This document shows positions 37,497 to 49,742 of a DNA stretch of 64,000 bases, piece after piece. Both the position numbers and the translations under genes were made by a program. The DNA comes from Octopus sinensis. Its lineage: Eukaryota. The DNA is taken from the NCBI RefSeq assembly GCF_006345805.1, contig NC_043001.1, positions 1,488,001 to 1,552,000 on the forward strand. Direction: 5' to 3'. The notes under the pieces are model-generated. The model did not search any database and was not told the DNA's origin. It saw only the letters and a list, made by a program, of their open reading frames with translations. Position 1 is the stretch's first letter, and every line of letters begins with the position of its first letter.

Positions 37497-38030
37497 ATGT
37501 TACTAAATTATAATAAAGAGTCTTGGAAAAATGAATTTGGTTTTACCCCTAATAATCAAATTAATAAGAAATCTGAGCAAAATATACAAAATACTCTCTG
37601 TAATTGTTCAAAACAAAACTCATGTTCTGGTGATAATAAATGCAAAATAAAAAATGTAGTTTATAGATGTAAAGTTACATTGGCAGGAACTGAATACTTT
37701 TACATCGGTGCAATTTCACTTATTTCCAAAAAGAAGATTGGAATTTTTTATTTCTGTCTCTAAACGAATTTAAATGATTAGCCAAACAAGTCTAAGTTAA
37801 TTAATCTGGTCTATTAAAGAAAGAAGTAAGGTCTACGTTATCAATTGGGTATTAATTAGTACTGCTAAACTTTAAACACCAAGGACAAATAAATGTGACT
37901 TGTGCATAGAAGAATTTAACCAAATTTTTACATCAGAGTATAATGTAAATTCTAGACAAGGACAAGCTTTAAGATGTTTGCATATGAAAACATGAACCTT
38001 TAAACAATATAAATAAGTTATAAATAATCA
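37497..38030 (+). pseudogene. Penelope-like element GIY-YIG endonuclease relic (second family)
   Basis: CNCSKQNSCSGDNKCKIKNVVYRCKVTLAGTEYFYIGA, then across frameshifts LIWSIKE...INW...KCDLCIEE...NSR...CLH: Cys-rich linker, VVY/YIG and C..C..E motifs of Neptune-type PLEs. Confidence 0.85.
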
Positions 38031-38220
38031 AACAACCATAATATATCAAATAAAATATTTTGAAATAACTGACTCTATGAAACAAACTAGTGATTATCCA
38101 ATCAATACTTAGAATTCAAAATGAAGTTCATGTTGGAATTAACATTCAACACCATTGAACGCAAAGCTAAAATTAACATAAAACTCAAACCAGTTCAATC
38201 TGAAAGGATATTACAGTGAA

Positions 38221-38262
38221 GACCCTGAAGAAACTACACTGGTAGTATAGCAAAGGTGCAAT
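38221..38262 (+). ncRNA. Degenerate hammerhead remnant downstream of the Penelope endonuclease
   Basis: CTGAAGA (38225-38231)-A-ACTACAC TGGTA GTATAGC-AAA: stem II with two mismatches, GAAA damaged; position fits a pLTR. Confidence 0.3.
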
Positions 38263-39434
38263 GGCAACAGTTAGTAACCGATGTAGTGGAAATGCAGCTA
38301 GGTCAATATTAAGCTGTATTTAAATCAAAATCTAAATTAAAATTCATGAAATGCCACTTCACCATATTCCTTATTATATATACATATATATATCCCAGGG
38401 TTATAGTAGAAGACTGTTGCTCAAGGTGTCACACAATGGGACTGAACCCCAAAACCCTGTAGCTGGGAAACAAATTTTTGACCAAACAGTCAAACAAGAA
38501 GCTATATTAAAAAAACCTCACCCACGATGTTACCTCCTGAGCTTGAACCCATGACTTCATTATTGCAATGCAACTTTCTTTACCACTTGGCCAAGCCTGT
38601 TGTCTATTAGTGAGGAATATTATAGCATGTAACTTGTTAGATAGTAGCACGACTTAGATGAGAATGTGTAGAGAAATCATAAGACTTTTGAAGTGAATAT
38701 GTTTATGCAGCTTTGGTAACTGGATACTATGGAAAACAGATGAATATATTAACACATTGTGGCTGCATCTATTTACTGAATTATAACACAACTGGCTCTG
38801 GCTACATATTATTCATGATTCACTAAGATAGCAGTGATTATCAATTAGGTGAATGGACTAAAAGTTGTCAGCGAAATGGAAAGCTGAGTTACATGGGGAA
38901 TACTGTTTCAACATGTTCGACCAAGAACCATTCCTAACCAAACCAGATGTAATAAAACACAGAAGCAATACCAATATACTCTGCTTGCTAAGTTTCGATT
39001 TCAACAGTTGAAAGTTAATTAAAATTCAAGATAATTAACAAGTAATTTGAGATTTAAGTTAATTAAGATTAAAATAATGAAAATAAAGAAAGTAACACAC
39101 AAAATAGAAGAAAAAACTAAGAATTAAGAATAAAAGTGATAATTTTTAATTCATTTCTAAAGTTAAAAAAATGTCCTCAATGTTGGTGCAAGCCAATTGC
39201 TATTATTAGCTCTGATGTCTAATGTAGCAAGTCTGGATTTTTGTCTTATCAGAACAGTTACATTGTTAAGCTAATAACATCTGAGTTGATTGTCATCAAT
39301 CACAAAACCAATACTGGTTATAGATGTCAGGTCTTGTCAGTTGAGCTGAGCTACTACATATATTACTGGTATGTTACTCACCTTACACTTTAAAGCTTAA
39401 ATGAGATTCCTTTCTTTCTTTTAGAGATATTTAA

Positions 39435-39632
39435 CCCTTTTATTACTGTATTTATTTTGAGATGCTCTCTGTTTCTTTCAATTACTTTAAATATAACAAA
39501 GAATTTAGTAAAATAACTTAGTTCTTTAAGCTAGTGTTAGGAACATAAATTGTGACTAAGGTTTGGTGGAAGATTTTTATTCAATACATTTGTATAACAG
39601 AGCCAGTTTCAGCCGGGTTGGTAACAAAAGGG
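39435..39632. mobile_element. piggyBac-type MITE
   Basis: TTAA (39431-39434) CCCTTT...AAAGGG TTAA (39633-39636): TTAA duplication and CCC/GGG termini. Confidence 0.75.
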
Positions 39633-40104
39633 TTAATAAAAAAAAAAGAAACTGGGAGTTTGTTTTTAATTTTTCTTTCATTGTTAAGCATAGAGAGGGA
39701 CACAACTAGAAATAATGATGAGGATTGTTTAACTTTGTTTTGAAAATGGCCATTCCAAGTATTATGTCTGTGCTATCCTGTGTCTGAGACATAACTAAAA
39801 AGTTTAGTGTGAGAAAGAGGACCTTCTGTAAAAACAGTCAGCCCCTTGGAAAAATGATGATTACATATATCCCATCATCATTTTAAATCCATCTTCCATG
39901 CTAGCAGGATTGATCACATGACAGCAGCATGCTTCAATATCTACTTTAGCATGGTTTCTATGCCTGGATGCCTTTCCCTTATACTTGCCATTTACAGAGT
40001 GCGCTGGGTGCATTTTGCAAGGAGACAATACTATACATACATACACACACACACACAAACACACACAATATATAGCTGTATGTGTGTGAGTATATATATA
40101 CAAA

Positions 40105-40465
40105 CACAAGAAGTTTACTTCCATACCACATGTTTCTAGGTTCAATCCTGAGTGTGTGTGGAACCTGGGGCAAGGGTCTTTTACTATAGCCCTAGGTTGA
40201 CCAAAGCCTTGGGAGTGGATTTGGTAGATGGAAACTGAAAGAAGCCCTTCATGGATGTGAGTGTGAGTTTGTGTCTGTCTCCTATCACCACTTGACAAAT
40301 GATGTTGGTGTATTTACATCCCAGTAACTTAGCAGTTTGTCATGAGAGATCGATAGAATAATTACTAGGCTTTAAAACAATACTGCTTTCAATTTGTTTG
40401 ACTGAAGTTCTTCATTTGGTGCTCCAGCATAGCCACAGACCAACGACTGAAAGAAGCAAAAGATA
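40105..40465 (+). mobile_element. SINE family B
   Basis: GGTTCAATCC B-box, ACTATAGCC, GGATTTGGTAGATGGAAACTGAAAGAAGCCC, GGTGCTCCAGCAT. Confidence 0.85.
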
Positions 40466-40479
40466 AAGATAAACAGGCA

Positions 40480-40830
40480 CAAGGCCATGACATTTGGTTC
40501 ATTAGATCTTCTCTTTACTCCAGTGCATAACAGGTACATTATCTCATCAACCCCAGAAAGATCAACGGCAAAGCAGATCTTGGCAGCACTTGAACCTAAA
40601 AGGCAGACAGACATAACTAAATATTGCTTTCAAATTTTGGTAGAAGGCCAGCAATTATAAGGGGAGGGGTAAGCTGATTATACCAGTGCTCAACTGGTAC
40701 TTATTTTATCGACCCCTAAAGGATGAAAGGTGAAGTCAATCTCAGCAGAATTTGAACCCACAATGTAAAGACAGATGAAACGCTGTTGAGCCTTCTGATT
40801 GGCATCTTAACAATTTTGCCAGCTGGCTGT
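40480..40830 (-). mobile_element. Two SINE family A fragments
   Basis: CAACTGGTACTTATTTTATCGACCCCTAAAGGATGAAAGG...AATTTGAACCC. Confidence 0.75.
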
Positions 40831-40905
40831 CTTGGACATAGAATATTAAAGTCTATTCTGTCTGACACTTCACGACCAATCTGCTGACTCACCAAACTTC
40901 TGGTA

Positions 40906-40936
<31 letters not shown>

Positions 40937-41123
40937 CATTTTGAAATGCAATGTGATGAAGTTAAAAAGGTTTTTCCGGATTAGAAACCTGATTTCTCTG
41001 CCACTGACAAGAGACTCCACTAAAGGCAACCAAGGATCAGGTGGTGGTGTTAAACAGTGGGAAGGATTAAGTCTACTGTTGAAAGGGAAAGGAGCAAAAC
41101 ACAGCCACAATTCAAGTGTTGAA

Positions 41124-41159
<36 letters not shown>

Positions 41160-41552
41160 TTCCAAAGAACCATTTACAACAATGAGGACAACAAAAATAT
41201 CAGCAACAACAAGAACGAGAGTCCTGGTGGCAGTGGTGGTGGTGGTGGTGGTGGTGGTGGTGACAGTAATACATCACACACATAAATGTGATCTTTATCA
41301 CAAAACAAGAAAAAGTCATCCACTCCACCAAACAACCAAGAAACCATCCAAGCAAGCAAGCAAATTAAATGAGAAAGAGATAGACAGATAAGAGAGGGAG
41401 AGAGAGGAGAGAGAGAGAGGAGAGAAAGAGCAACAATACAAAACTCAACACTAAATAATCCCCCACCACCACCACCACAACAACAAACAAACACCAAACA
41501 ACTATACAAGACTCACAAATAAACAGAAACACAAAGAGAAGGCAAGATAAGT

Positions 41553-41596
<44 letters not shown>

Positions 41597-41899
41597 AAAC
41601 ACAACAACAACAACAGCCACCACAACATCAACAATAATAGCAGCGCACCTTACACAAGAATTCAATGGTAATAAATATTTGTTGTAGGAAGATGAAAGAT
41701 CTTCGGTGCCGTTGTGTTTTCTATTTTAAGAGATTAGTATACAGGGTGATTCATATTAAAGATACTCAACTGTTTGGATGACTTTAAAACACAAACATTG
41801 GATTTTGTTGAAAGACAAATCGAAGAAAACATTCATAAATATTCTATGAAGTCGAAGTTGAGCGAACGCTTCCCTCTATATGTCTTACTGTTTGTTTGG

Positions 41900-42044
41900 C
41901 TGTGTGTGTGTGTGCGTGTGTGTGTGTGTGTGTGTGTATTTGATATGATATGTTGAGTGCTCTTTCTCCTGTTTATACATCCAGTTAATATATACATATT
42001 CATAAGCATAAGCATACATGCATATATACATACATATATATATA

Positions 42045-42076
<32 letters not shown>

Positions 42077-42230
42077 CATGTGTGTATATATATACATATA
42101 TATGTGTGTGTATGTATGCATGTATATATATATACATATATATGTGTATGTATGCATGTGTATATATATATATGTGTGTGTATGTATGCATGTATATATA
42201 TATATACATATATATGTGTGTGTATGTATG

Positions 42231-42283
<53 letters not shown>

Positions 42284-42400
42284 TGATTGATAGATAGACA
42301 AACAGATAAATAGATAGATGGAAATACATAATATATAAGTATGCATAAATATTCACATGCATGCAAACACACACACACATATATATACACTTACATATCT
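41900..42400. repeat. Compound (GT)/(AT)/(ATAC) microsatellite
   Basis: Direct reading; explains the stacked YIYIHT ORFs. Confidence 0.95.
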
Positions 42401-42644
42401 ATATAACTTACGTTACATCATAATCTTGATGTCTACATTTCCATGCTTCTCTGGGTCAGACGAGGCCATGTTCAGACACAGTTTTGGATGGCTGGATGGT
42501 CTACCAGGCACCAACACTCACCTGTTTCTAAAAGGCCCCCCCCCATCTCCACAACCGCCCCCAGTCTATCAAACACTGAACAGCCCCAACATGATTACAT
42601 GGAGAATTGGAAACAAATGACTTTCGGATGAGTGTTTGGCTTAC

Positions 42645-42770
42645 AAAGATCATACAAAGTACCAAAACCTGTGACAAAGTCCCGGTTAGACTGCAACCAA
42701 TTGATATGGTCTGCATCAAGAGTGCCCCTTTTGCCTTTAGTTTTTTTCCTTTCTTGTTTTTTACAGTCAG
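42645..42770 (-). CDS. Candidate symmetric (phase 1-1) 126-nt exon: (A)DCKKQERKKTKGKRGTLDADHINWLQSNRDFVTGFGTLYDL
   Basis: Minus-strand TTTCTCTTCATGTATGTCAG acceptor and GTAAGC donor, open frame, unique sequence. No homology recognised. Confidence 0.3.
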
Positions 42771-44809
42771 CTGACATACATGAAGAGAAACATGAACTCA
42801 CTCAAAACATAATCCTCTCCCCTCTTTTATCTTTTTCTCCTATTTTCCTTCTTTTTTCCTTCTTTTCCCTTCTCCTATTTTTCTTCTTTTTCTCTTTATA
42901 CGTTTGCCCTTTCTTTTCCCTCCTATATTTTAACCTTTTTTCTCACACCACTTATGCTTTTCTTCCGATGAAGAATTAATGTCCAGACCATTTCTCTTCC
43001 TTCTTTTAGGCATTAAACTAATTCAGTATTTGATAATACTTGTCTGTCTTTTGTTGTCTTTTTACTTTTTGTTTTTCTTCGTTACATATCAAATACATCC
43101 GCATCCATACAAATACACATTATACATTAATGTTTGTTTTTTTCTTTATGCTAAATTATAATAAAAACTATTTTACATTAAACTAAAGGATCAATCAATA
43201 CATTTTACAGCGTATGTATCATTCTTTCACAAGAATAACATTGACAATGACTTTGAAGTTTTGTCCTGCTTAGCCTCCATCAAACTACAGTACTTTTGAA
43301 TTAATTTTGGCTTTATGTAACTCTGTTATTTATAAATTTTCTGAGGTAGGTGGAGCTCTGTTAATGATAATTGGGTTGTTGTGTTAGTTCTGATGGAAAA
43401 ATATTATGGAAGATTTTTATTCATTAAATCTAGAGTTGTGCTATTGTTCACAATTCAGTCATGCATGTAGAATTTGTGATCAGCTGAGTCTATATAGGTG
43501 TGTTACTTTCAAATGTTGGAGTTGTTTTTTAAGGGTTTCCAAAACAAAGTAGGTTGGGGGAAATATTAATTGGCCAGTAGATGTGTCACTAGGTTCAGAC
43601 ATTTTATTTGGGAGATTTAACCAATTTGCTTTGGGAATATGGCGGTTATGGTTCAGAGTTCAGCCCAGCATTTGAACCATCATAATTAGGCATACTTATT
43701 TAGTTAGTCCAGCTTTTAGGTAATTGAGGTTTTAAAGGTTCACTTTCTTTCTTTCTTTCTTTCTCCCCTGCACAAACACACACACACACACACACATGTA
43801 TGTCTATTAATGCATGTGTTTGGGTGTAGAAAGAAAGGGACCCAATGAATGTGAAAATAAAGAGGTTTGCTTTATTGCTTGAAATCATTTGCACGAATCA
43901 TTGTCCTCTTCAAATAAATGCATAAATACTTATACACACACGCACGTATGTATGTATCTGTGTGTGTATATATATAGGGTAACACATGAATACATACATG
44001 TAGTGATGTGAATATATGTTAGCCCAGATATCAATAGAAAACGGTACAAATCAAGAGAACAATATCCCTGTTAGCAATTGGATTGTTCATGTGTTACACC
44101 ACAGAAAGTAGAGAGGTGTTTGTTATCCCCTGGGGTTATCTAACCACACAACCAACATCCATAGAATTTAGTAAAGAAATGCATTAATTATTTAGCATAA
44201 CATCTTATGTGGGTGTTTGTGTGTGTCTGTGTGTGTGTCTGCGTGTGTGCATGTGTATGTCTGTGTGTGTATATTTTATTAAGATATAATCTTCTGTTAT
44301 TCTGGTTGTTATTGCTGTTTTAAAATTTTTCTGGAGACAACAGTTAAAGATCTGCAGATAGCAGAAAAATTTCTTTTGTGTGCATATGCGTATATACACA
44401 GAAGTACGTATACATACAGACACACAAACACACACAAATCCCAAGATACCTATACACAATTTATAGATAGAAAATATATCCTTACACATTACAAGTAAAT
44501 AAATTGGGTTTTTTTTTATCATTTTCCAATGAAAGTTGAATCAATAATTTGATAAATACTTCAAGAATTTTCATTTTATTAAAGTATTATACTCCAAGAC
44601 ATTCATGTTGTTATTTATTTTAAATGAATAAATAAAGCAAGTAAACATCATGCAACGAACATGTGTCAGTTGAAAAATCTATCTTCAACAAAGTTTATCT
44701 TAAACACTTGTTAAGAGTGATTCAAGAAGACATATTGTTGCTTGTAAGTTAATTATGCGAGCGTTGTCTGCATACAGAGGCAGAGCCAGGGGCAGAGAAT
44801 AATCAATAT

Positions 44810-45102
44810 GGGACCATACACACACATATGTATATATATATACATTCACACATATATGTATATTTATATATACATATATATATAAATATGTATATATACA
44901 TATATATATATACATTCACACATATATGTATATGTATATATACATATATATATAAATATGTATATATACATATATATGTATATGTATATATACATATATA
45001 TATATATGTATATATACATATGTATATATGTATATATACATACATATATGTATATATATATATATACATATATACATATATATATATTTATACACACATG
45101 CA

Positions 45103-45140
<38 letters not shown>
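44810..45140. repeat. (AT)/(ATAC) microsatellite
   Basis: Direct reading. Confidence 0.95.
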
Positions 45141-45142
<2 letters not shown>

Positions 45143-45189
45143 TGTATAATCATCATCATCCTCATCATTTAACGTCCGTTTATCCGTGC

Positions 45190-45545
45190 TATATATACTT
45201 TTGTTTCAGTCATTTGACTGCGGCCATGCTGGAGCACCACCTTTAGTCTTTAGTCAGAGAAATCGCCCCCAGAACTTATTCTTTGTAAGCTTAGTACTTA
45301 TTCTACTGGGCTCTTTTGCCAAACTGCTAAGTTACGGAGACATAAATAGACCGACATCTTTTACTTGTTTCAGTCATTTGACTGTGGCCATGCTGGAGCA
45401 TCGCCTTGAGACCTAAGTTGAGTGAATGGATCCCAGTACTTAAATTTTTTAAGCTTCATATTTATTCTATCTCTTTGCTGAATTGCTAAGGGTATAAACA
45501 AACCAACACTAGTTGTCAAACTGTGGTGGCAGACACACACATACA
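45190..45545 (-). mobile_element. Two tandem SINE family B 3' halves
   Basis: TTGTTTCAGTCATTTGACTG(C/T)GGCCATGCTGGAGCA occurs at ~45200 and ~45365. Confidence 0.8.
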
Positions 45546-45567
45546 TGCACACAAATGATATATATAT

Positions 45568-45785
45568 GCCATGATGGACCGTTAGCTCCTACATGCATTT
45601 TTTTCTCTCCTTGTTTCTCTCCTTGTATTTTTCTGTGTATCTTTCTGTCGAAGAGTGTAGGTTCGAAACGTAAAAGACTTGTTCTATTTCTATTCCTGAG
45701 CGCCATACTAATACATTTGTTTGTTTGTACTCCACCTGCCTTCGTCTTTTGTTTATTTTCGTAAACCTTCCCGTTTTATATATAT
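45568..45785 (+). mobile_element. Short hammerhead-bearing element, copy 2 (family of 950-1143)
   Basis: Aligns with the reverse complement of 950-1143; flanked by (TA)n. Confidence 0.75.
45640..45677 (+). ncRNA. Minimal type-I hammerhead-like motif, variant core
   Basis: TCTTT-CTGTCGA-A-GAGT GTAG GTTC-GAAA-CG-TA-AAAGA: perfect stem I, ACGT palindromic stem III, GUA triplet; U at core position 6. Confidence 0.5.
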
Positions 45786-45789
45786 ATAT

Positions 45790-45975
45790 GGCACGTAAAA
45801 AGCACCCACTACACTCACGGAGTGGTTGGCGTTAGGAAGGGCATCCAGCTGTAGAAACATTGCCAGATTAGACTGGAGCCTGGTGCAGCCTTCTGGCTTC
45901 CCAGAACCCCGGTCGAACCGTCCAACCCATGCTAGCATGGAGAACGGATGTTAAACGATGATGATGATGATGATA
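45790..45975 (+). mobile_element. RTE 3'-tail retrocopy
   Basis: GGCACGTAAAAAGCACCCACTACACTCACGGAGTGG...CCCATGCTAGCATGG...(GAT)n, nearly identical to 26877-27060. Confidence 0.9.
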
Positions 45976-45984
45976 TATATATAT

Positions 45985-46135
45985 ATGACAGGCTTCTTTC
46001 AGTTTCCGTCTACCAAATTCACACACAAGGCTTTGGTTGACCTGAAGCTATAGCAGAAGACACTTACCCAACATGCCATGCAGTGGGACTGAACCCAGAA
46101 CCAAGTGGTTGGGAAGCAAGCTTCTTACCTCACAG
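45985..46135 (-). mobile_element. SINE family B 5' half
   Basis: GGCTTCTTTCAGTTTCCGTCTACCAAA...GGGACTGAACCCAGAACC. Confidence 0.8.
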
Positions 46136-47029
46136 CTAATATATATATATATGTCTACACACACACTCACATATGTATATATACTTATTCATGTACAAAT
46201 ACATATATGTGTGTGTTTATGTATATGATATGGTGTAGTTCAGAGATGATTAGGCTGCTATATCTAGTAGGTCAAATAACCACAGGTTCCCCCACATAAA
46301 GTTGCCATTGTTTATGATCAACTGTGTTCCAGCCATGAACTTCTTGTGAATTAAGTGTGTGTAGTACTTCATTATATTATGTCTGTAAGATGTAATTCTA
46401 GAGAGTTTTAACTGTTAGTTCTGGCAGATCAAACAACTATATAGTGGCTCTTTGATTAGCTCATAATACTGCTGTTGTCGTTGCTGCTGCTGTTAGTACA
46501 AAGTGAAGCTTCATTGCATCGACCCATGATAAAATTTGCTTTAGTCCTGGCTATCCTATCTTTGTATTGGACATATCCACCAAAGCCTACATATTGAATG
46601 TGTCCCCTTTTAAAGCAGCAGGATGTGATTTGAGGCTCCTTTGGTTGTTATATTTAGCAATTCAAGGGAATATGTTGTGGCACCTTTATTGGGTTATGGC
46701 TTATGAAGCAGCAACATAGCATTCAGTGATGACAAGTTGGAGGAATTCAGAAAGAAATAATGTCATAAATCTAATTTAGTTAAGGCTCATAATGTCGCAG
46801 GATGGCATGGAAAGAGGCTAATTGGATTCGTGATAGAGTACAGGTATAACAGCAATACTATTAGCAAGGAGGAAAACACATTAAACTAGTAATAAGGATA
46901 ATGGTAAAGATATACAACACGTGCACACACATGAAAAGGCAATCACAGGGAAACTTCAGAGTAAAAGTCATCTCTAGTTTTAAAGAAATAGCAGGTTCTG
47001 GTTCCAAGTAACTTTTTAGCTTGTGTTCT

Positions 47030-47380
47030 TCATGCCAGGGGCATGTAACTCATTCCGGTGGCACGTCATTGCCAGTGTCGCCTTACTGGCACGTGAAAAA
47101 CAACATTCGGCTGCTGGACTGGCTCCCGTGCAGGTAGCATGTGAAAACCACCTTTTGAGTGTGGTCGTTGCTAGAACCACCTGACTGGCCCTTGGGCCAG
47201 TGGTGCATAAAAGCACCCACTATACTCTCGAAGTGGTTGGTGTTAGGAAGGGCATCCAGCTGTAGAAACTTTGCAGATCAGATTGGAGCCTGGTGCAGCC
47301 TTCTGGCTTGCCAGACTTCAGTCATACCGTCCAATCCATGCCAGCATGGAAAATAGACGTTAAATGACGATGATGATGAC
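47030..47380 (+). mobile_element. RTE-3'UTR-type retrocopy
   Basis: TGGCACGT/AAAAGCACC sub-repeats, GTGGTTGGTGTTAGGAAGGGCATCCAGCTGTAGAAAC and (GAT)n tail. Confidence 0.85.
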
Positions 47381-47779
47381 TAATTAGTTAATATATAATA
47401 ATTATAGATTGAGGCAGTGAGTTGACAGAATTATTTGCATGCTGAGTAGAATGCTTAGTGACTTTTCTCCATCCTTAAGTTTTGTGTTTAAATTCTCTCA
47501 GGTTCAATAAAATAAATACAAATTGAACACTGAAATTGAAGGCCTTGTGCCAAAATTTGGAGCCAATATATATTGATATATATTTATAGGCTTGCTTCCC
47601 AATCAAGTGGTCTTTGGTTCAGTCACACTGCACAGCCCCTTGGGCAAATGTCTTCTAGCACAGTCCCAGGATGATGAAAGTCATGAGAGAATTTTGGTTG
47701 ATAGATACTGCCATATGTGTGCCTCTGTGTGTGTGTGTGTGTGTGTGTGTGCATGCATGTGTGTGTATATATATATGAT

Positions 47780-48065
47780 AATGAGGGTTCCAGTTGACCT
47801 GAGCAATAGAACAGCCGGCTTGTGAAATTAACGTGCAAGTGGCTGAGCACTCCACAGACATGTACCCTTAATGTAGTTCTCAGGGTGCTTTAGCATGATA
47901 CAGAATGTGACAAGGCTGACCCTTTGAATTACAGGTACAACTCATTTTTTCCAGGTGAGTGGACTGGAGCAATATGAAAGAAAGTGCCTGACTTGAGGAC
48001 ACAAGGTGCCTCCAGGAGGTGACTTCATGACCTTACAATTAAGGGCCAAATACCCTAACCACATA
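47780..48065 (-). mobile_element. SINE family D
   Basis: Homologous to 58195-58515. Confidence 0.85.
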
Positions 48066-48345
48066 CATACAGCACACATAAACAAATATTACACACGTGT
48101 GTGTGAGGAAAGGCCTGTGTTTCATTCCCAGTGGCACAGTGTGTCCTTGAGCAAGGCACTTTACTTCACATTGCTCCAGTCCACTCAGCTGGCAAAGAGG
48201 AATTGTATCTCAAAGGGACAACTTTGTTACATTGTGTCATACTAAACTACAACACGGTTACAAAACTCTCCCTACAGCCACCATTTCTGGTCCATAAATA
48301 TCCATGTAATTGCTTCCAATATGGGGAACCATACTATGAAACACA

Positions 48346-48581
48346 TAGTATGATGGCGAGCTGGCAGAAACGTTAGCACACCTGGCGAAATGCTTAGCAG
48401 TTATTTCATCAGCCGTTACATTCTGAGTTCAAATTCCACCACAGTCGACTTTGCCTTTCATCCTTTTGGGGTCAATAAATTAAGTACCAGTTACACACTG
48501 GGGTCGATGTAATCGACTTAATCCCTTTGTCTGTCCTTGTTTGTCCCATCTATGTTTAGCCCCTTGTGAGCAATAAAAAAA
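48346..48581 (+). mobile_element. Full-length tRNA-derived SINE family A with AATAAA/A-tail and 13-bp TSD
   Basis: Head GGCGAGCTGGCAGAA...GAGTTCAAATTCC (B-box); flanked by ACTATGAAACACA at 48333-48345 and 48582-48594. Confidence 0.92.
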
Positions 48582-49317
48582 ACTATGAAACACAAAAACA
48601 ACTCGGCTGAAAAAATAAACAATTATGTTGTTTAACCCCAGGTCAGCTCTGATCATATTTACCTATGATCAAAGGTATCACTATAGTGACCATCCTATCT
48701 TATTTCTTATCTGCATGGAATTCATGACCACATTTTACATAAGTCCTTTTGTTTTGCTTTTAAGACAGAGAGTGTGATTTGAAGAAGATTTGCCTACTAA
48801 CTTTAAAAGGTCAATCAACCATATTGATTCATCCTTATTAGCTTATTAGAACTTCCTTCATGTTGGCCCACAGTGACACACAGCATCTCACTAAGTTAAC
48901 TTATTAATCTTTTAAAAGCACCCAGTATCCCCTAAAAAGTGGCTGGTGTTACGAAGGATATCCAACCATTGAAACCATGCCGAAACAGACAGCAGCAGAG
49001 TTTGGTATTGTCGTCTGACTTGCCTCTTCCTGCCAAACTATCCAACTAATGTCAGCATCGAAGATGGACATTAAATGATGATGATAAGCTCAATCTGAAG
49101 TTCTGATCATTAGTCTTCAGTTGTTCCATCAACTTAGCAATTCAATTTGTTTATTTATTTAGCATATAAGTGGTTGAGTATTCCACATACATAGTACAAT
49201 TAATGTGATGATTCTTAGAATCACTGTGGTAGTGCAACAAGAGTGGATTTTTAAATTACAGATACAATCAACATTATTTACATTAGACGGATATTTGTTC
49301 TCGTGTTGTTTGTTGTT

Positions 49318-49363
49318 AACACAACGTTTCAGCTGATATACTCTCCAGTCTTCATCAGGTGTC
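49318..49363 (-). ncRNA. Minimal type-I hammerhead ribozyme motif with intact core
   Basis: Minus strand GACAC-CTGATGA-A-GACTG GAGAGTATAT CAGCT-GAAA-CG-TT-GTGTT: stem I GACAC/GTGTT, stem II 4/5 paired, palindromic AACGTT stem III, GUU triplet. Confidence 0.65.
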
Positions 49364-49611
49364 TTGGGGAAAATTTCAAACCTGGGTTCTCATTCCTAAG
49401 GTATTTTTCGATGTTATTATTATTATTATTATCATTATTATTATTATTATTATTATTCAGGTCACTGCCTAGAATCAAACTCGGAATCTTGGGGTTAGTA
49501 GCCCATGCTCTTAATCACTAAGCCATATGCTCATAGGCATAGTGGGTAAGAGCATGGGCTATTCATCCCACGATTCCGAGTTTAATTCCAGGCAGTGACC
49601 TAAATAATAAA

Positions 49612-49646
<35 letters not shown>

Positions 49647-49696
49647 CATCGAAAAAATACCTTAGGAATGAGAACCTAGGTTCGAAATTTCCCGAA

Positions 49697-49742
49697 GACA
49701 CTTGATGAAGACTGGAGAGTATATCAGCTGAAATATTGTGTT
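49697..49742 (+). ncRNA. Hammerhead motif, right arm, mutated
   Basis: GACAC-TTGATGA-A-GACTG GAGAGTATAT CAGCT-GAAA-TATT-GTGTT: C3>U and CG>TA in stem III. Confidence 0.55.

Noticed and set aside
41738-41765. TACAGGGTGATTCA, a Tc1/mariner-like TIR start
   Set aside because: No matching second TIR or transposase found nearby.
41833-42390. Stacked 80-185 aa ORFs on both strands (also 11911-12678, 30486-30822, 44700-45172, 52074-52664)
   Set aside because: Pure microsatellite read-through (YIYIHT/CVCV); no coding signal.
49490-49595. tRNA genes
   Set aside because: tRNA-like A/B boxes but no complete acceptor stem; embedded in a repeat. SINE heads at 48350 and 58440-58515 were rejected for the same reason.
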